From Elusimicrobiota bacterium (GTDB taxonomy: Bacteria; CG03; SLGR01; JBDRKX01): a stretch of DNA of 50,239 bases. A program made the position numbers and the translations under genes. The notes beneath the pieces were generated by a model, which was not told the origin of the DNA, made no database searches, and worked only from the letters and a program-made list of their open reading frames with translations. Shown one piece after another: positions 48,382 through 50,239 of the stretch. Location: contig JBDRKX010000007.1 of assembly GCA_043813605.1 (NCBI GenBank), positions 1 through 50,239 of the forward strand, written 5' to 3'. Numbering within the stretch: the first letter of the stretch is position 1; every line of letters begins with the position of its first letter.

Positions 48382-49389
48382 TCAATATATCTTATACTTT
48401 TTAATTCGGCTCTCGTCAAATGGAAGAACCTCTATATACCCTTTTTCTCCCATATATAGATACTCAAATCCCGCTTTTTTCCCTTCGGGACAATCAGCAT
48501 AACGGCCGCATATACCAGCCAGTATGCCGATCTTTTTAATGTCAGGAATACCTAAACCAATACATGTAGGCCCCATATATCCGGCAGCATGCATCTTCAG
48601 GACATCTCCGGATGCCAGCTTTTCAAGAATATCATTCTCTCTTCTGTTTCTTCCTATTATTACTTTAAAATCCACGTCTAACCTGAAATGCCGGCCTATT
48701 GCAAGGAACTCTATATCCGTAAGCGTTATGGCATTGTTGTGGTCTATCAGGTCTTTGAATTTTTTTGAATATTCTTCTGTCGTCAACCGGCAACCGCCCG
48801 CAGGTGAAGAATATTCTTTTCTATTCAAACCGAACTTTTGGGCAAGAGCGAATTGCTTCTTCCTGGAACGCCCGCTTATCAAGAGCATGCTTTCCCCGCT
48901 TATCAATCCTTTTTCTATAAAACTTCCACAGTCTAGTATTCCGGCTGAAAGCGGCCGGTATATCGAACCTTCAAGCCCGGCTTCTTTTTCGATCAGATTC
49001 ATTGCCCGGTTGTTCTGTGACATCGGCCGCTGGCCCGCCACTTCACCGGTTATAATGAAATCGTATCCTTCTTCTTCCATTATCTTCCGGGCATTTTTCA
49101 GCATATATATTCGACAGTCTATGCACGGATTCATATGTTTTCCATACCCGTGTTCCGGTGAAACGACAATGTCCAGATATTCCCGGCTCAATTCTATAAC
49201 TCTGAACGGAATATCCAGTTTTTCGGCTGTTTCCCGCGATATTGCTTCGTTATTACTGTTTTTTCCGCCGGTAAACGGATTTTTAAAAAAAACCGCAAGC
49301 ATTTCTACCGGTTCACTTTTCATCACATGAGCCGCAAGGGTCGAGTCAAGTCCTCCGGAAATCAATATAATCGCTCTGCTTTTTTTCAT
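48382..49389 (-). CDS. PP-loop tRNA sulfurtransferase-like protein (ThiI-like without THUMP domain; DUF814/NFACT-R-like C-terminus)
   Basis: SGGLDS, NPCIDC, TGEVAGQRPMSQ, RPLSA, PAGGC, GRHFRL, GRNxxEN motifs; ATG 49389. Confidence 0.8.
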   Translation of the reverse strand: MKKSRAIILISGGLDSTLAAHVMKSEPVEMLAVFFKNPFTGGKNSNNEAISRETAEKLDIPFRVIELSREYLDIVVSPEHGYGKHMNPCIDCRIYMLKNARKIMEEEGYDFIITGEVAGQRPMSQNNRAMNLIEKEAGLEGSIYRPLSAGILDCGSFIEKGLISGESMLLISGRSRKKQFALAQKFGLNRKEYSSPAGGCRLTTEEYSKKFKDLIDHNNAITLTDIEFLAIGRHFRLDVDFKVIIGRNRRENDILEKLASGDVLKMHAAGYMGPTCIGLGIPDIKKIGILAGICGRYADCPEGKKAGFEYLYMGEKGYIEVLPFDESRIKKYKIY

Positions 49390-49502
49390 TTTTTTATTAT
49401 AAAATACAATCAATAACAACTTTTATACGCTGATCGGCATATCATTATAGCAAATATGCTGCAGGTTTTTACAGTATCCGGCATCATTACCTGAATACAG
49501 TA

Positions 49503-49769
49503 CTAATTTGCATTTAATACACTATCAGCCAAAATTTGACACCCGGATTCAACCTTAGATAACCTGTCCGGGATATGGGATTTGCTGTGCTTACGAGAAT
49601 ATCCTCTCTTCTTACGTTTCTTATATGCTCTTACCAGATGCTGTATTAGTTCTCTCTTTTCTTCGTAAATATATTGGTATATGGCTTCATGAGATATACT
49701 TTCTCCAGGAAAATTACTTATTATCCCGGATTTTGCAATAGGAATGAGCACCGAGACGATAAAGATCAA
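49503..49769 (-). mobile_element. IS30-family transposase fragment
   Basis: ISHEAIYQYIY...LIQHL...KRKKR...IPDRLS is the IS30 HTH/linker region; the DDE domain is absent. Confidence 0.75.
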
Positions 49770-49826
49770 AATATTTGATGACTACTCAGTTAGCGCAGAA
49801 AAGGTAAAAAATGATATATTCACTTT

Positions 49827-50108
49827 ATGAAATATCAATATCAGCCATTGAGCATAGTGGAATTTTTTTCGGCCTTTCCAACGCAGGAAGCCTGTGAATA
49901 TCATCTTATTAGAGTACGATGGCCAAAGGGGCTGGTCTGCAATAAGTGTGGGAAAGATGATATCTATAGTCGGATTAGTACGCGGCGGATTTATCAATGT
50001 CGCTCTTGTGGGTTTTTTAATTATCCAACGGCTGGTACTATTTTTCATAAGACACATACATCGTTGCAGCGTTGGTTTCTTGCAATCTTTCTTGTTGGAT
50101 GTTATTGA
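49827..50108 (+). mobile_element. IS1595-family transposase, truncated N-terminal zinc-ribbon fragment
   Basis: FPTQEAC...RWPKG, CNKC, CRSC, TAGTIFHKT, WFLAI motifs; stops before the DDE domain. Confidence 0.85.
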
Positions 50109-50134
50109 GTTCAATATAATCACTGAAAAATAAG

Positions 50135-50162
50135 TTGACAACAGAAATAAACTTGTCAAAAT
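50135..50162 (+). promoter_or_regulatory. Putative promoter overlapped by inverted repeat TTGACAA-N11-TTGTCAA
   Basis: TTGACA at 50135-50140, TGt-CAAAAT ending at 50162; perfect 7-bp inverted repeat spanning 50135-50159. Confidence 0.4.
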
Positions 50163-50185
50163 AGAAATTAAGAGGGAAAATATCG

Positions 50186-50239
50186 ATGTTGAAAAAACTC
50201 ATCAAAAAAATGTTCGGAGCGGATTTAATAAAACAGACC
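50186..50239 (+). CDS. 5' end of a CDS running off the window (MLKKLIKKMFGADLIKQT...)
   Basis: SD GAGGG at 50172-50176, ATG 50186, frame open to the window end. Confidence 0.45.
   Translation, partial: MLKKLIKKMFGADLIKQT

Noticed and set aside
1..50239. CRISPR array, rRNA, prophage or recognisable defence system
   Set aside because: No regularly spaced nucleotide repeats, rRNA-like tracts or hallmark genes were seen by eye.

Overview
Chromosomal window from a diderm bacterium. The LpxC-FabZ fusion, PorV-like/TPR proteins and DUF2723 protein are compatible with Elusimicrobiota or a similar poorly studied lineage (inference only). Almost all genes lie on the minus strand. In the direction of transcription they are: a ThiI-like tRNA sulfurtransferase, tRNA-Val, bamA-skp-lpxD-lpxC/fabZ-lpxA-msbA, tRNA-Glu, bioY-DUF456-oppBCDF, a CCA-enzyme-like remnant, a DUF2723 glycosyltransferase, a gamma-carbonic anhydrase, a PorV-like barrel/TPR protein, a TPR-TM-HEAT protein, PHP and CBS proteins, and an internally deleted cation:proton antiporter. 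Next is a cobamide salvage/remodelling operon (cobU-cobT-cobS-cobQ-btuFCD-cbiR-btuB) with two compact class-II cobalamin riboswitches, then a decayed TonB-receptor fragment, an unannotated 40-aa CCCH protein and tRNA-Asp. After these come two giant coiled-coil genes (1475 and 1893 aa) followed by ftsE-ftsX-envC-ctpA-yibQ-tsaD. The best candidate for an undescribed system is the pair of giant coiled-coil proteins. They are built from 61- and 71-residue heptad/hendecad super-repeats and sit directly upstream of an FtsEX-EnvC operon whose FtsE has lost the catalytic ABC motifs. IS30 and IS1595 fragments lie at the right end. No CRISPR array or rRNA was seen. All calls come from reading motifs by eye; no database search was run.
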